Positions 38,064 to 48,034 of a stretch of DNA of 64,000 nt are shown in pieces. The stretch is from NCBI GenBank assembly GCA_965601925.1, contig OZ271854.1, positions 2,592,001 through 2,656,000 of the forward strand, in the 5' to 3' direction. The translations under genes were made by a program, and so were the position numbers. How positions within the stretch are numbered: the first letter of the stretch is position 1; each line of letters opens with the position of its first letter. The notes beneath the pieces were generated by a model. That model saw nothing but the letters and a program-made list of their open reading frames with translations. It was not told where the DNA came from and searched no databases. The stretch is from Alkalispirochaeta sp. GTDB taxonomy: Bacteria; Spirochaetota; Spirochaetia; DSM-27196; Alkalispirochaetaceae.

Positions 38064-39202
38064 TGGCGACCGGAAAAAAGAGAGGACGCCTCCCGGGGCT
38101 CGCTATTTTTCTGATCGTCGTCGCGGTCGCCGGGGTGAGTGAGCTGCTTCGCTCGCCGGCGTCCGGGGAGACGGCGCGCGAGGGCCGCGGTCTCGTCGAG
38201 GGCGTCGCGCGTATCTTCGGTGGGACGAGTGAAGTCAGCGGTCTTATCGGAAGTGAGAAGGCGAACTTTCTCAACAATCGCGAGGTGCAGGCGATTCTCG
38301 CCGATCGATACGGGCTGGAGGTCGCCTTTCGGCGCGCCGGTTCCTTCGAGATGCTCGGGCTCTCCCACGAGGGACTCGATTTTCTCTGGCCGTCCAGCCA
38401 AGTCGCATTGGAGAACTATCGCGTCGATTTCGGCTCTCCCTTGGCCGACGCGATCATCTTTAACTCGCCGATCGTGATGTATTCGTGGACTCCCGTCGTG
38501 ACCGAGCTCGGCTCGCGACGGTTGGTCGTCGCTGAAGAGGGGGTCTACCGCGCTCCGTTGGAGCCCCTCCTGCAGTCGATACTCCTCCAGCGAACCTGGG
38601 GAGATGTCGGTGTCGAGGCCGTGTTCGGACGATTCGCAATCACGAGTACCGATCCGCTGCGGTCCAACTCCGGGAATATGTTTGCGGGGCTCGTCGCAAA
38701 CACGCTCGCCGGCGGCGTGGCGCGGTCGTCCGATCTTCCGACGGTGCTTCCCGACGTCCTGGAGGTCTTCCGCGTCCAAGGACGGATGGAACACTCCACC
38801 GGGACGCTCTTTGAACGGTACCTGCAACTCGGGATCGCGCAATTCCCGCTGATCGTCGGATATGAGAGTCAGTACATCGAGTTCGCCCGCGAGAATCCCG
38901 ATTTGTGGCCCGAGGTTCGCCAACAGATCGCGCTCATCTATCCGGTACCGACGGTGTGGAGCAGCCATCCGCTGATCGCTCTCACCGAGAACGGCCGCGT
39001 GCTGTTGGAGGCGTTGGCGGACGAGGAGATACAGCAGCTGGCGTGGACCCAGCACGGATTCCGCAGCGGTGCGGTGGGAGCGCGCAACGATCCGGCGGAT
39101 TTGGGGATCGATCGCGTCGCTGAGACGGTGACGCAGGTGATGCAGATGCCGCGCCCCGAGGTCGTGTTCGAGATGATGGACGCCCTCGAGACCATACAGT
39201 GA
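38063..39202 (+). CDS. Membrane-anchored substrate-binding-fold protein of tel operons
   Basis: GSEK..FL, DFLWPS, SPIV, TDP.RSNSG, GYESQ, YP.PTVWS.HP.IAL. Confidence 0.75.
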   Translation: MATGKKRGRLPGLAIFLIVVAVAGVSELLRSPASGETAREGRGLVEGVARIFGGTSEVSGLIGSEKANFLNNREVQAILADRYGLEVAFRRAGSFEMLGLSHEGLDFLWPSSQVALENYRVDFGSPLADAIIFNSPIVMYSWTPVVTELGSRRLVVAEEGVYRAPLEPLLQSILLQRTWGDVGVEAVFGRFAITSTDPLRSNSGNMFAGLVANTLAGGVARSSDLPTVLPDVLEVFRVQGRMEHSTGTLFERYLQLGIAQFPLIVGYESQYIEFARENPDLWPEVRQQIALIYPVPTVWSSHPLIALTENGRVLLEALADEEIQQLAWTQHGFRSGAVGARNDPADLGIDRVAETVTQVMQMPRPEVVFEMMDALETIQ

Positions 39203-39254
39203 GGCGCGTCCGTCCTACCGATTCGGGCGACCATAGGAAAGGAGAGTGTACGAC

Positions 39255-40346
39255 ATGAGTGACACGACGCATAACGAAGCCGCAACGAGTGTTCAGTTGG
39301 TGGAGGTGACCAATCTGCCGCCGGAGGCGCAAAAGGAGGCGCGAAAGATCGCCGAGACGATCGACATATCCGATAGTCAGGCGGTAATTCAGTACGGCGT
39401 CGGTGCGCAATCGAAGATCTCCGGTTTTGCCGACACGATTCTGACCGAGATTCGCAACAAAGACGCCGGGTACGTCGGAGATGTGCTCGGTGGACTCATT
39501 TCGACGATTAACGACGTGGACGTCGGGGGACTCGGCGGGGAGAAGGGCGTGCTCGATCGCATGTTCGGCGGACTCAAGCGGCGCATAGAGAAGTTCATGC
39601 AGCGCTACGAGAAGCTCTCGACACAGATCGACAAAGTCGTCGGCGATCTCGATGGAGCCCGCATGAATCTCCTGAAAGACATCGCAATGCTGGATAACCT
39701 CTACGAGAAGAACATGGAGTACCTCCAGAACCTCGACGTGTACATCGCCGCGGGAAAGCTGAAGCTCGACGAGTTTCGGTCCACCGTTCTTCCGGAGATG
39801 GAGCAAAAAGCGCGCGCGTCGAACGATCCGGTCGACGCGCAGAAACTCCAAGATCTGAATCAACTCATCAACCGTTTTGAGAAGAAACTCCACGATATGC
39901 AGCTCTCGCGAATGATCGCGATTCAGACCTCTCCCCAGGTTCGACTGATCCAAAACAACAACCAGACGTTGGTCGAGAAGATTCAAAGCTCGATCCTCAA
40001 CACGATCCCCCTGTGGAAGAACCAAATCATCATCGCTATCAGCCTCTTTCGGCAGAGGCGAGCGCTCGATGTCCAGCGCGAGGTGACCGACACGACCAAT
40101 AACCTGCTCAAAAAGAACGCGGAGATGCTGAAGGAGGGGTCGATCGGCGTCGCACGGGAGAGCGAACGTGGTATCGTGGAGATCGAAACCTTGCAGAAGG
40201 TCAACACCGACCTGATCGCAACGATCGAGGAGACGCTGCAGATTCAGCACGAGGGCCGCCAAAAACGAGCCCAGGCCGAGGCGGAGCTCCAAAAAATGGA
40301 AGGCGAGCTTAAGGAACGCCTCCGTCGCGTCTCCGTCTCCGAGTAA
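39255..40346 (+). CDS. telA: Toxic anion resistance protein TelA
   Basis: YG..AQ, QT.PQ.RLIQNNN..LVEKIQSS..NTIPLWKNQ, LL.KNAEMLK. Confidence 0.93.
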   Translation: MSDTTHNEAATSVQLVEVTNLPPEAQKEARKIAETIDISDSQAVIQYGVGAQSKISGFADTILTEIRNKDAGYVGDVLGGLISTINDVDVGGLGGEKGVLDRMFGGLKRRIEKFMQRYEKLSTQIDKVVGDLDGARMNLLKDIAMLDNLYEKNMEYLQNLDVYIAAGKLKLDEFRSTVLPEMEQKARASNDPVDAQKLQDLNQLINRFEKKLHDMQLSRMIAIQTSPQVRLIQNNNQTLVEKIQSSILNTIPLWKNQIIIAISLFRQRRALDVQREVTDTTNNLLKKNAEMLKEGSIGVARESERGIVEIETLQKVNTDLIATIEETLQIQHEGRQKRAQAEAELQKMEGELKERLRRVSVSE

Positions 40347-40457
40347 TCGGCGCGGCGGCTCCGACGGACAACGGAGAACGCAGTGGTGGGGGCGCCACTC
40401 GATAGTTTGAAAAGAACGGAACGCACCTTAGAATAGAGACGGACGGCCCACGCCACA

Positions 40458-41729
40458 ATGAATGACTTTTCGCTGCCGCAGATCGCGCACCTGCTCCGCG
40501 ACATTAACTCCGGACGGTATGAGGAACTCGCTCTCCGTCCGGGCTTGTCGGAGGATGAGCGCGAGCTACTATTGGCTCTCAACCAGACCCATCGACACCG
40601 CGAGGAACTGCTGCGTCAAGGGCAGGCGCGGAGTCGGCTCATCATCGATTCCACACCGGTGGCGATCTGTATCACGAACGAGAACGGCATATACGAGTAC
40701 GCCAATCCGCGCTACCAAGCCCTCACCGAGTACGATGCGACCGAGCTTATCGGACGACACTTTTCCATGGTCGTGCCTCAAGACACCGAGGAAGAGCTCA
40801 CCAATCTCCACGATGAATTCATGGGGCGTCGCTACGAGCTTGCCGGGCGCTGGCGGATCGTGTCCAAGAGTGGGCGTTCGATTCCGATCCTCGCCAATGC
40901 CGCCTATGTTATCGATATCGACGGTGAGCCGAAGAAGGTAACGTTCGTCATCGACATCACCGAGATTGAACGGGCCCACGAACAGCTTGAGCGAGAGATC
41001 GAAGAGCGACGGCAGCTCGAGCACGTTCGGAACGAGGTGGAGCGCGTGATGCAGCACGATTTACGCAATCCGATCGACGGAATTCGCACCGCCGCCGACT
41101 ACCTCTTGCAGGAAGATCTCGACGAGCGCGCCCAAGAGTTCGTGCGTCTGATGTACGACGCCGCCGTGCGGTTGCGCAATCGGATCGACAACTCCCTGGC
41201 GTACACGCGTATGCGTCAAGGGCGTTATCAGGTCCAACGGGAGCGGGTAAACATGGTGCAACTCGTTCGCGACGTCGTAAAGAGCGTGGAGGAGGCGCGC
41301 TTGGCCTACCGAGCCGAGGTCGTCACCACGTATCGGGGGGCGCCGTTAAGCGAGCAGTACGATATCGAACTGTGGGGCGAGAACGGCTTTTTGATGGATG
41401 CGATCGGCAACTTGGTCCGAAACGCGCTTGAGGCGAGTAATGCGGGAGACGTGGTGTCCATCGATGTCGACGAACACGCCCCTTCCGACGCAACGCCGAC
41501 GGTCGAGATATCCATACATAACCCCGCCGATGTTCCGAAAGAAATTCGCGCCAACCTCTTCGAAGCGTATGTTACCCACGGCAAGCGTCGCGGTACCGGT
41601 TTAGGCACCTACACTGCGCGTCTGGTGTGTGACGCGCACGACGGCTCTATCGAGGTTCGCACCGGCGAAGGAGACGGTACGACGATGACGTTGATGCTTC
41701 CCAGAGGGCGGCCCGGAGAGTTGTTGTGA
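40458..41729 (+). CDS. Cytoplasmic PAS-domain sensor histidine kinase
   Basis: PAS (YANP, ELIGRHF), H-box HDLRNP, N-box NLVRNALEA, G-box GTGLG; no TM. Confidence 0.93.
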   Translation: MNDFSLPQIAHLLRDINSGRYEELALRPGLSEDERELLLALNQTHRHREELLRQGQARSRLIIDSTPVAICITNENGIYEYANPRYQALTEYDATELIGRHFSMVVPQDTEEELTNLHDEFMGRRYELAGRWRIVSKSGRSIPILANAAYVIDIDGEPKKVTFVIDITEIERAHEQLEREIEERRQLEHVRNEVERVMQHDLRNPIDGIRTAADYLLQEDLDERAQEFVRLMYDAAVRLRNRIDNSLAYTRMRQGRYQVQRERVNMVQLVRDVVKSVEEARLAYRAEVVTTYRGAPLSEQYDIELWGENGFLMDAIGNLVRNALEASNAGDVVSIDVDEHAPSDATPTVEISIHNPADVPKEIRANLFEAYVTHGKRRGTGLGTYTARLVCDAHDGSIEVRTGEGDGTTMTLMLPRGRPGELL

Positions 41730-42505
41730 ACGGACCGGTGGCGCTCCTCACCGGCGCATCGTCGGGACTCGGCGCCGAGATCGCGTTCGCACTCTCCGCG
41801 GGCGGATGGGAGCTCGTTTTGGTCTCGCGCAGCGCGTCGCGGCTCAAGGCGGTCGTCGATGCCCTCCCGGCGCCCGCGTACGCCTTGGAGCTCGATCTCT
41901 CCGCCGACGAGCCCGGTGAGCGTCTGGGGGCGGCGCTGCAACGAGTCGGTATCGATCCGGGCCGAATCGAGCTCTTGGTGAATAACGCGGGGCTGGGTTC
42001 GCTCGGTCCCTTTGCACGGACCGACGTGCGGCTTCTGCGGACGATGCAACGGGTTAACGTCGTCGCGCCGATGGAGTTGTCGCGTTGGATCGCTCCGTTC
42101 ATGATTCGCGCCGGACGAGGAGTGATCTGCAATGTCGCCTCCGTTGCCGCCTTTTCACCCGGTCCGCTCATGGCGGAGTATTATGCGGACAAGGCGTGGT
42201 TGCGTTCTTTCGGTCTTTCCCTCGACGCCGAGTTACGTCCGCACGGGGTGGCGGTCGTAACGGTATGCCCCGGGCCGTTCGAGAGCGGCTTTCACGAGCG
42301 CGCCGGAATCGATACGGTCCGTCTGGGAGCGCTTCCCGGCGCACGTCGTGTGGCGCGCCGTGTGCTCCGTGCGATTCGTCGCCGCCGGCCTGTCGTTGCG
42401 ATCGGTCTCGGTGCACGGATATGGGCGCTGTGGGGGCCGCGTCTTCCCTGGAGAGTGAGTCGCGCCGTGATGCACGGGCTCCAGCGGCGTCGCCTTGAAG
42501 GATGA
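41726..42505 (+). CDS. Short-chain dehydrogenase/reductase
   Basis: TGASSGLG, NNAG, YYADK (YxxxK), CPGP. Confidence 0.92.
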   Translation: MNGPVALLTGASSGLGAEIAFALSAGGWELVLVSRSASRLKAVVDALPAPAYALELDLSADEPGERLGAALQRVGIDPGRIELLVNNAGLGSLGPFARTDVRLLRTMQRVNVVAPMELSRWIAPFMIRAGRGVICNVASVAAFSPGPLMAEYYADKAWLRSFGLSLDAELRPHGVAVVTVCPGPFESGFHERAGIDTVRLGALPGARRVARRVLRAIRRRRPVVAIGLGARIWALWGPRLPWRVSRAVMHGLQRRRLEG

Positions 42506-42554
42506 CCATCGATTCGTCTACAATACGACTACTTATCCACAAGGAGCATATTCG

Positions 42555-43637
42555 ATGGCCAAGATGAAAATGAAGCCCGGTGTCGTTACCGGAAATGCTT
42601 TACAGGAGCTCTTTGCGTATTGCAAGGAGACACAATGCGCCCTCCCGGCCGTGAACGTTATTGGTTCCAGCAGTGTCAACGCCGCACTACAGGCCGCCCG
42701 CGAGGCGTCCAGCCCGATAATCATTCAGTTTTCTAACGGCGGCGGCGCCTTCAATGCGGGCAAGTATCTCGACAACACCAACCAGCGCGCGGCGATCGCA
42801 GGCTCCGTGACCGGCGCCGTGCACGTATGGAAGATGGCGGAGCTGTACGGTGTGCCGGCGGTTCTGCATACCGACCACTGCGCGCGAAAGCTGCTACCGT
42901 GGATCGACGGTCTCATCGCCGAGGGTGAGGCGTGGTACAAGCAGCACGGCTCGCCGCTGTATAGCTCGCATATGCTCGACCTGTCCGAGGAGTCGCTCGA
43001 GGAGAACATCAAGACGAGCGCCGAATACCTGGAACGCCTCGCCAAAATCGATATGACTCTCGAGATCGAGCTCGGCGTCACCGGCGGTGAGGAAGACGGC
43101 GTGGACAACACCGACGTCGATAGCTCGCGTCTGTACACGCAGCCTGAGGACGTACTGCAGGCCTACGACGTGCTCAAGCCGATCGGAAAGTTCACCGTCG
43201 CCGCCGCCTTCGGCAATACCCACGGCGTCTACAAGCCGGGCAACGTCAAACTGCGACCGGAGATCCTCAAGAACTCGCAGGAGATGGTACGCACCGCACG
43301 CAAGCTGCCGGAGGAGAAGCCCCTCGACCTCGTCTTTCACGGAGGCTCGGGATCGGAGATCGAGAAGATCCACGAGAGCCTTCAGTACGGTGTGGTAAAG
43401 ATGAACATCGATACCGACACGCAGTGGGCCTTTACGCGACCGGTTCGGGAGTACGTCGATAAGAATCACGACTACCTCATGGCGCAGATCGGTAACCCCG
43501 AAGGGGCGGACAAACCCAATAAGAAGAAGATCGACCCCCGCGCTTGGATGGTAGAGGGCGAAAAGGGTATGACCGCGCGACTGCTCGAGGCATTCAAGGA
43601 CCTTCAGTCGTATCAGCAGTTCGATCTTGGGCTCTGA
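42555..43637 (+). CDS. fbaA: Class II fructose-bisphosphate aldolase (E. coli-type)
   Basis: HTDHC, SSHMLDLSEE, GGEEDGVDN, FGNTHGVYKPG, FHGGSG, KMNIDTDTQ. Confidence 0.97.
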   Translation: MAKMKMKPGVVTGNALQELFAYCKETQCALPAVNVIGSSSVNAALQAAREASSPIIIQFSNGGGAFNAGKYLDNTNQRAAIAGSVTGAVHVWKMAELYGVPAVLHTDHCARKLLPWIDGLIAEGEAWYKQHGSPLYSSHMLDLSEESLEENIKTSAEYLERLAKIDMTLEIELGVTGGEEDGVDNTDVDSSRLYTQPEDVLQAYDVLKPIGKFTVAAAFGNTHGVYKPGNVKLRPEILKNSQEMVRTARKLPEEKPLDLVFHGGSGSEIEKIHESLQYGVVKMNIDTDTQWAFTRPVREYVDKNHDYLMAQIGNPEGADKPNKKKIDPRAWMVEGEKGMTARLLEAFKDLQSYQQFDLGL

Positions 43638-45018
43638 GTCGGAACGAACCGACCACTCTCGCCATAACGACCGTGCGGCCTCCGCGAGGGCCGCACGGAT
43701 CGACAGCGCCGAGATCGAACGGGGGGAGTACCGCCGACGGTGGTATCCCCTTGACAACACGGCGCGTATCTTTCCACCGATCCTGTCGAAACGCTTCACG
43801 ACACTATTCCGCATCTCAGTCCTCTTAACCTCTGCAGTGCGCGTCGGCGCTCTTCAAAGGGCGCTGGAGCGGACCTGGGATCGGATTCCCATATTTCGCG
43901 TTCACGTGCGCCGGGGAATCTTCTGGCATTATCTCGAAGAGTGTCCGCCCGGCGTCGTCAAAGGGGACGGCGGGACGCCGTGCATGGATCGCCCACGTTT
44001 CGGCGACCGTCAACCGCTGGTCACCGTGCGCGCACGGGGGCGGCGTATCGCCGTAGAGGCCTCGCATATCGTCACCGACGGAGTCGGGGCGCTTCAATTT
44101 CTCAAGACCCTCATTGTGGCGTACCATCAAGAGATTGCAAACACGACCCCGCGTCTCCCTTCCGAGGCGCGGGGGCTCGGCATTCTCGTTCCCGGCGACT
44201 CCGCCGACCCTCGGGAGGGAGAGTACGCGAGCCGTCGGTTTTTCCGCCGACGTCTCCCCGATCCGGTGGAGTACCGCCCGGCGTGGCACGTGGGCGGGGT
44301 ACGACTTCCCGTGGGATCATATCGCGTCACCGTGGCGCGTTATCCGGTCGCCGTGCTCAAGGATATCGCTCGACGTTTCAATGTAACCATCACCGATCTC
44401 CTTCTTGCGGTCTTCATACAGGCGCTTCAACGGTGTTATCACGCCGCAACGCTACCGCGACGTCGGCGTCGACCCATTCGGGTCTTTGTTCCCGTCGATA
44501 TGCGGCCGTCGACCAACTCCAAGACGGTCAGGAACTTTTTCGTATACGCACTCGTGGAGATAGACCAGCGACTCGGACGGTACGAACTCGACGAGATCGC
44601 GCGCAATGTGCACCATCAGTTACGTGCAAAACTCGATCCGCGCGGCTTGCGTCGCCAGATCAGCCGCAACGTGCGCGCCGAACGCAACATATTCATCCGC
44701 ATCATTCCCATGGTGATAAAGGATCTTATCCTGACGGTGGCGCACCGACTCCAAGGAGAGGCGGCCAACACGGCGAGCTTCTCCAATTTGGGACGAGTCG
44801 ACCTCCCGTCCGAGACGGCATCGCTCGTCGACAGTTTCGACTTTCTGCCGCCGCCCTCGCCGATTACGGGTGTCAATATGACGCTCATCTCCACGGGCGA
44901 TACCGCAAGTGTGAGTTTTGGAAGTGTGCGGGCTCAGCAGGATGTGGAATGCCGTGTCGTCGAATCACTATCGCGTCTGGGTGCCCGCGGAATACTTCGA
45001 ACCAACTGGAGGAGGTAG
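43627..45018 (+). CDS. CoA-dependent acyltransferase (alcohol acetyltransferase / condensation fold); start uncertain
   Basis: WYPLDNTARIFP, HIVTDG (HxxxDG), PVDMR, RNF, SNLG. Confidence 0.8.
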   Translation: MGSESERTDHSRHNDRAASARAARIDSAEIERGEYRRRWYPLDNTARIFPPILSKRFTTLFRISVLLTSAVRVGALQRALERTWDRIPIFRVHVRRGIFWHYLEECPPGVVKGDGGTPCMDRPRFGDRQPLVTVRARGRRIAVEASHIVTDGVGALQFLKTLIVAYHQEIANTTPRLPSEARGLGILVPGDSADPREGEYASRRFFRRRLPDPVEYRPAWHVGGVRLPVGSYRVTVARYPVAVLKDIARRFNVTITDLLLAVFIQALQRCYHAATLPRRRRRPIRVFVPVDMRPSTNSKTVRNFFVYALVEIDQRLGRYELDEIARNVHHQLRAKLDPRGLRRQISRNVRAERNIFIRIIPMVIKDLILTVAHRLQGEAANTASFSNLGRVDLPSETASLVDSFDFLPPPSPITGVNMTLISTGDTASVSFGSVRAQQDVECRVVESLSRLGARGILRTNWRR

Positions 45019-45025
45019 ACTCGAT

Positions 45026-45709
45026 ATGTACTGCGAGCGCTGCGGCGTACAACTTGAGGACCATATGGAGCGTTGTCCCCTTTGCAACGGGGAAAACCGA
45101 GAGGGCGAGGAGCCGAAGCTGTCCGAGTACGCTCTCTCGGCCGAGCGGCCCGGTGTGGCCCCGGTCCGTCGCATCGCCGCCCGCGTGCTTACGTTGCTGT
45201 CGGCGACCGCCGTCGTAATCCTGTTGATCGTCGATCTCTTTTTTTCGGGAGGATTGACGTGGACGCCGCCGGTTGTAACTCCGATTGTCTTCGGCACGCT
45301 CATGGGACTCTTGCCGCTCCTCTCCACGCGGTGGCGGAGAGTATTCTTCGCCGAGTTGGGCGTAATCGCGGTCATGTTGATCCTTCTGGACGCCCTCGAC
45401 GACGGCGCTCTGGAATGGTTCGTGCCGGTTGCGTTGCCGATTTTGGGGATGGCGGCCCTCCTGCTGGCCGGGAGCGCGATACTCGTGCCGCGCACTCGCG
45501 GGGTTGCGAAAGGTGCGCTCGTTCTTGCCGCCGCCGGTCTCCTTACGGCGGGAATCGAGATTACGGTGCGATTGTACCAGGATACGGCGATCGCCGTCAG
45601 TTGGTCGGCCGTCGTGCTTGTCTCGACGCTGCCGGCCGCTGCATTCCTCCTTCTCCTGCAACAGACGGTGCTGCGCTACGTCGACCTGAGGAGGCGTTTT
45701 TACCTCTGA
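45026..45709 (+). CDS. Zinc-ribbon plus multi-TM membrane protein (DUF6320-like)
   Basis: MYCERCGV...CPLC, about 6 TM, C-terminal LRRRFYL; RBS GGAGG. Confidence 0.75.
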   Translation: MYCERCGVQLEDHMERCPLCNGENREGEEPKLSEYALSAERPGVAPVRRIAARVLTLLSATAVVILLIVDLFFSGGLTWTPPVVTPIVFGTLMGLLPLLSTRWRRVFFAELGVIAVMLILLDALDDGALEWFVPVALPILGMAALLLAGSAILVPRTRGVAKGALVLAAAGLLTAGIEITVRLYQDTAIAVSWSAVVLVSTLPAAAFLLLLQQTVLRYVDLRRRFYL

Positions 45710-45746
45710 AATCCGTCGAATTGCACCAGCGCTATCGCGACGGTTT

Positions 45747-46715
45747 CTAATGGGTAAACACGACGCCGCCGGCGGGGAGCCTCTCGCGAATCCGTTCCGC
45801 CACGATCGCGGCGCTCTCGGCTGTGGCGCATACCGCGTAGAATGCACCACCACCACCGGCGCCGCTCAGCTTCCCTCCGAGCGCGCCGTACGTGCGTGCG
45901 AGGTCCAGTAGTGCGTCGGTATGGTGTGTCGAGACACCCAACGCACGCAGCGCCGACTGGGCGCGGTCGGCGAGTCCCGCGATCGCCGTGGGCACATCGG
46001 CCGACTCGACGGCGGCGGGCGCGACGGGACCGGATGGGTGACCGGTGGACAGCGCCGCTATTGCATCCTCGCAGAGCATCCCTAACCGATCGAGAAGCGG
46101 TCGTACGCGCTTCTCGGACGACGCAAGGTGACCTCTCACTGCGGCGACGAGCTCTCGTGTGCTCCGCTCCCGGGGAATGGAACCGACGACCAGGGGCGGG
46201 AGCGGGACGTCCAATCGTCGCGGTGACGGCAGGCAGCCGGGCCCTCGGTCGAATTGAAAGGCTTGCACCCCTGCCAGGCTCGATAGGCCCGTGTCGATTC
46301 CGCTCGGCGTGCCGTGGAAAAAGTGTTCCAGCCTATGTGCGAGGGCCCACGCCGACTCCGCGGTAGAACGCGGGAGGTCGCTGTCATTCTCTTCGCCCTC
46401 GAGTGCCCAAAGGGCGATCGCCGTGCACAACGCCGCACTCGACCCGAAACCGCTCTCTACCGGGAGATCGGAATGGACGTGGAAGAACGCAGGGGTGCGA
46501 CGGTCTATGGTCGCCTCGATGTGCGCCGCAAATGCTCGGAGAGCATCGGGGTCCACCTGACCGTGGTGAGAGTGAAGTCGTACCGAGTAGTGCGACGCCG
46601 GTTCTACCCGGAGCGTGAGGCGTTGATGCAGTGCAGTACCGAGCGCCGGATAGCCGAACACGGCCGAATGCTCCCCGAAGAGCAGAAGTTTGCCGGGAGC
46701 GGAGAAGGTTCGCAT
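45747..46715 (-). CDS. mvk: Mevalonate kinase
   Basis: APGKLLLFGEHS, P..SGFGSSAA, HGTPSGID, KLSGAGGGG. Confidence 0.93.
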   Translation of the reverse strand: MRTFSAPGKLLLFGEHSAVFGYPALGTALHQRLTLRVEPASHYSVRLHSHHGQVDPDALRAFAAHIEATIDRRTPAFFHVHSDLPVESGFGSSAALCTAIALWALEGEENDSDLPRSTAESAWALAHRLEHFFHGTPSGIDTGLSSLAGVQAFQFDRGPGCLPSPRRLDVPLPPLVVGSIPRERSTRELVAAVRGHLASSEKRVRPLLDRLGMLCEDAIAALSTGHPSGPVAPAAVESADVPTAIAGLADRAQSALRALGVSTHHTDALLDLARTYGALGGKLSGAGGGGAFYAVCATAESAAIVAERIRERLPAGGVVFTH

Positions 46716-46727
46716 CGGTTTGGCCTT

Positions 46728-47966
46728 CTATGAGAGTCCCGCCGCCCGGTCGATATCGCGCGACGAGGGAGCCCGGTCCGTTGTCGCTCCCATACTCACG
46801 CCGTGGCGGTCGATCGACTCCGCGACGACTCCTTCGTATCCCGTTCGATCAGACTCGCCGTACTCCCACCGAAGTCCGTCGACCGCCGGCGTCATCGCAT
46901 CGGCGTCGGGCGGGAGCGGGCGGCGCGGGTTCGGCAGCGACAGAATGATCGCCCGTTCGTTTCCCGCTCCGCTCGCCTTCACCGTCCATCCGTCGTCGAG
47001 ATGGGCGCACGATAACGGTAGCGTAGCGGGTACCCCGATCGCCTCACCGATCGTCTCGCCGAGCCGACGGGCCGATGCGAGGGGTCGAAAGAGAGAAGCC
47101 CAGTCGTGGGCCTCCTCCAAACGACGTACCAGCCGGTTATTCTCTCCGATGAATCGGTCGCGCTCAGTGCATCCCCGGGGGCAGTAGTGTCTGAAACGCT
47201 CGACCGCTTTGGCGCTTTGCACCGGTTTTCCGGCGGACCAGCCGTACAGCGCAATCCTCTGGCGCTCTATCTCAGATTGCAGGTTGCTTTTCTCCCACGA
47301 CGGCCTGTTGCCGCCGCAAAAGCGTATTGCACCACCGGCGGCGCTGGCAACGACATCGTAGCCGCTGCCTCGCCCCCCGTGCGCTCTCCGATGGGCCTCG
47401 ATCGCGAGGGCGATCAGTGTTTCGCGCCGGAACACGGGATCGATACCGGCGATGCGCATCAGTGCTCCGGTGAACAGGCAGACGGCTGCGGCGCTGGAGC
47501 CGAGTCCCAGTTTTTTCCCCGTATGGGCGTCGAAGAAGGGAGAGGTGTCGATCACAATGTGCCACGTACACGTCGCGTCCGCCCCGTATGCGGAGTCTCC
47601 GTTCGTACCGACGGACGTGCTTCCGGCGGCCAGATGCGCGCGTACAACTTCGATGGTCGATTCGATGAGCGGATGTGCGGTGCCGGGCCACGATTGATCC
47701 TCGGACTTCGATGTGCGAGCGATAACCGTTAGGCGCGATGTGGCGGCATCACCGCGCTCGTACGGTGCCTCGCCTGCAAGCCCGTGCACCGCCGCGAGAA
47801 ATGAGTCTCCCGTCGCCGACGGCTCTTCCGCAGAGGTGCAGTAGACCGAGCATGAGGCTCGCGGCTCTACGGCCAAAGCGATACCGAGGCCGTCCTCTTC
47901 GGTAATCACATACTCACCGGCGAGAAGAAGGTTTGCAGGAACCGACCATTGCCAACGTAGATACAT
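46728..47966 (-). CDS. Phosphomevalonate kinase (GHMP); start uncertain
   Basis: PANLLLAGEY, KLGLGSSAA, GSGYDV, KASGAG; operon context. Confidence 0.85.
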   Translation of the reverse strand: MYLRWQWSVPANLLLAGEYVITEEDGLGIALAVEPRASCSVYCTSAEEPSATGDSFLAAVHGLAGEAPYERGDAATSRLTVIARTSKSEDQSWPGTAHPLIESTIEVVRAHLAAGSTSVGTNGDSAYGADATCTWHIVIDTSPFFDAHTGKKLGLGSSAAAVCLFTGALMRIAGIDPVFRRETLIALAIEAHRRAHGGRGSGYDVVASAAGGAIRFCGGNRPSWEKSNLQSEIERQRIALYGWSAGKPVQSAKAVERFRHYCPRGCTERDRFIGENNRLVRRLEEAHDWASLFRPLASARRLGETIGEAIGVPATLPLSCAHLDDGWTVKASGAGNERAIILSLPNPRRPLPPDADAMTPAVDGLRWEYGESDRTGYEGVVAESIDRHGVSMGATTDRAPSSRDIDRAAGLS

Positions 47967-48034
47967 TGCAGGGAAGAACATACTACCAATCGGCGATATG
48001 GGACCACTTAACCGTCGATAGCCGTCCGCGCACG

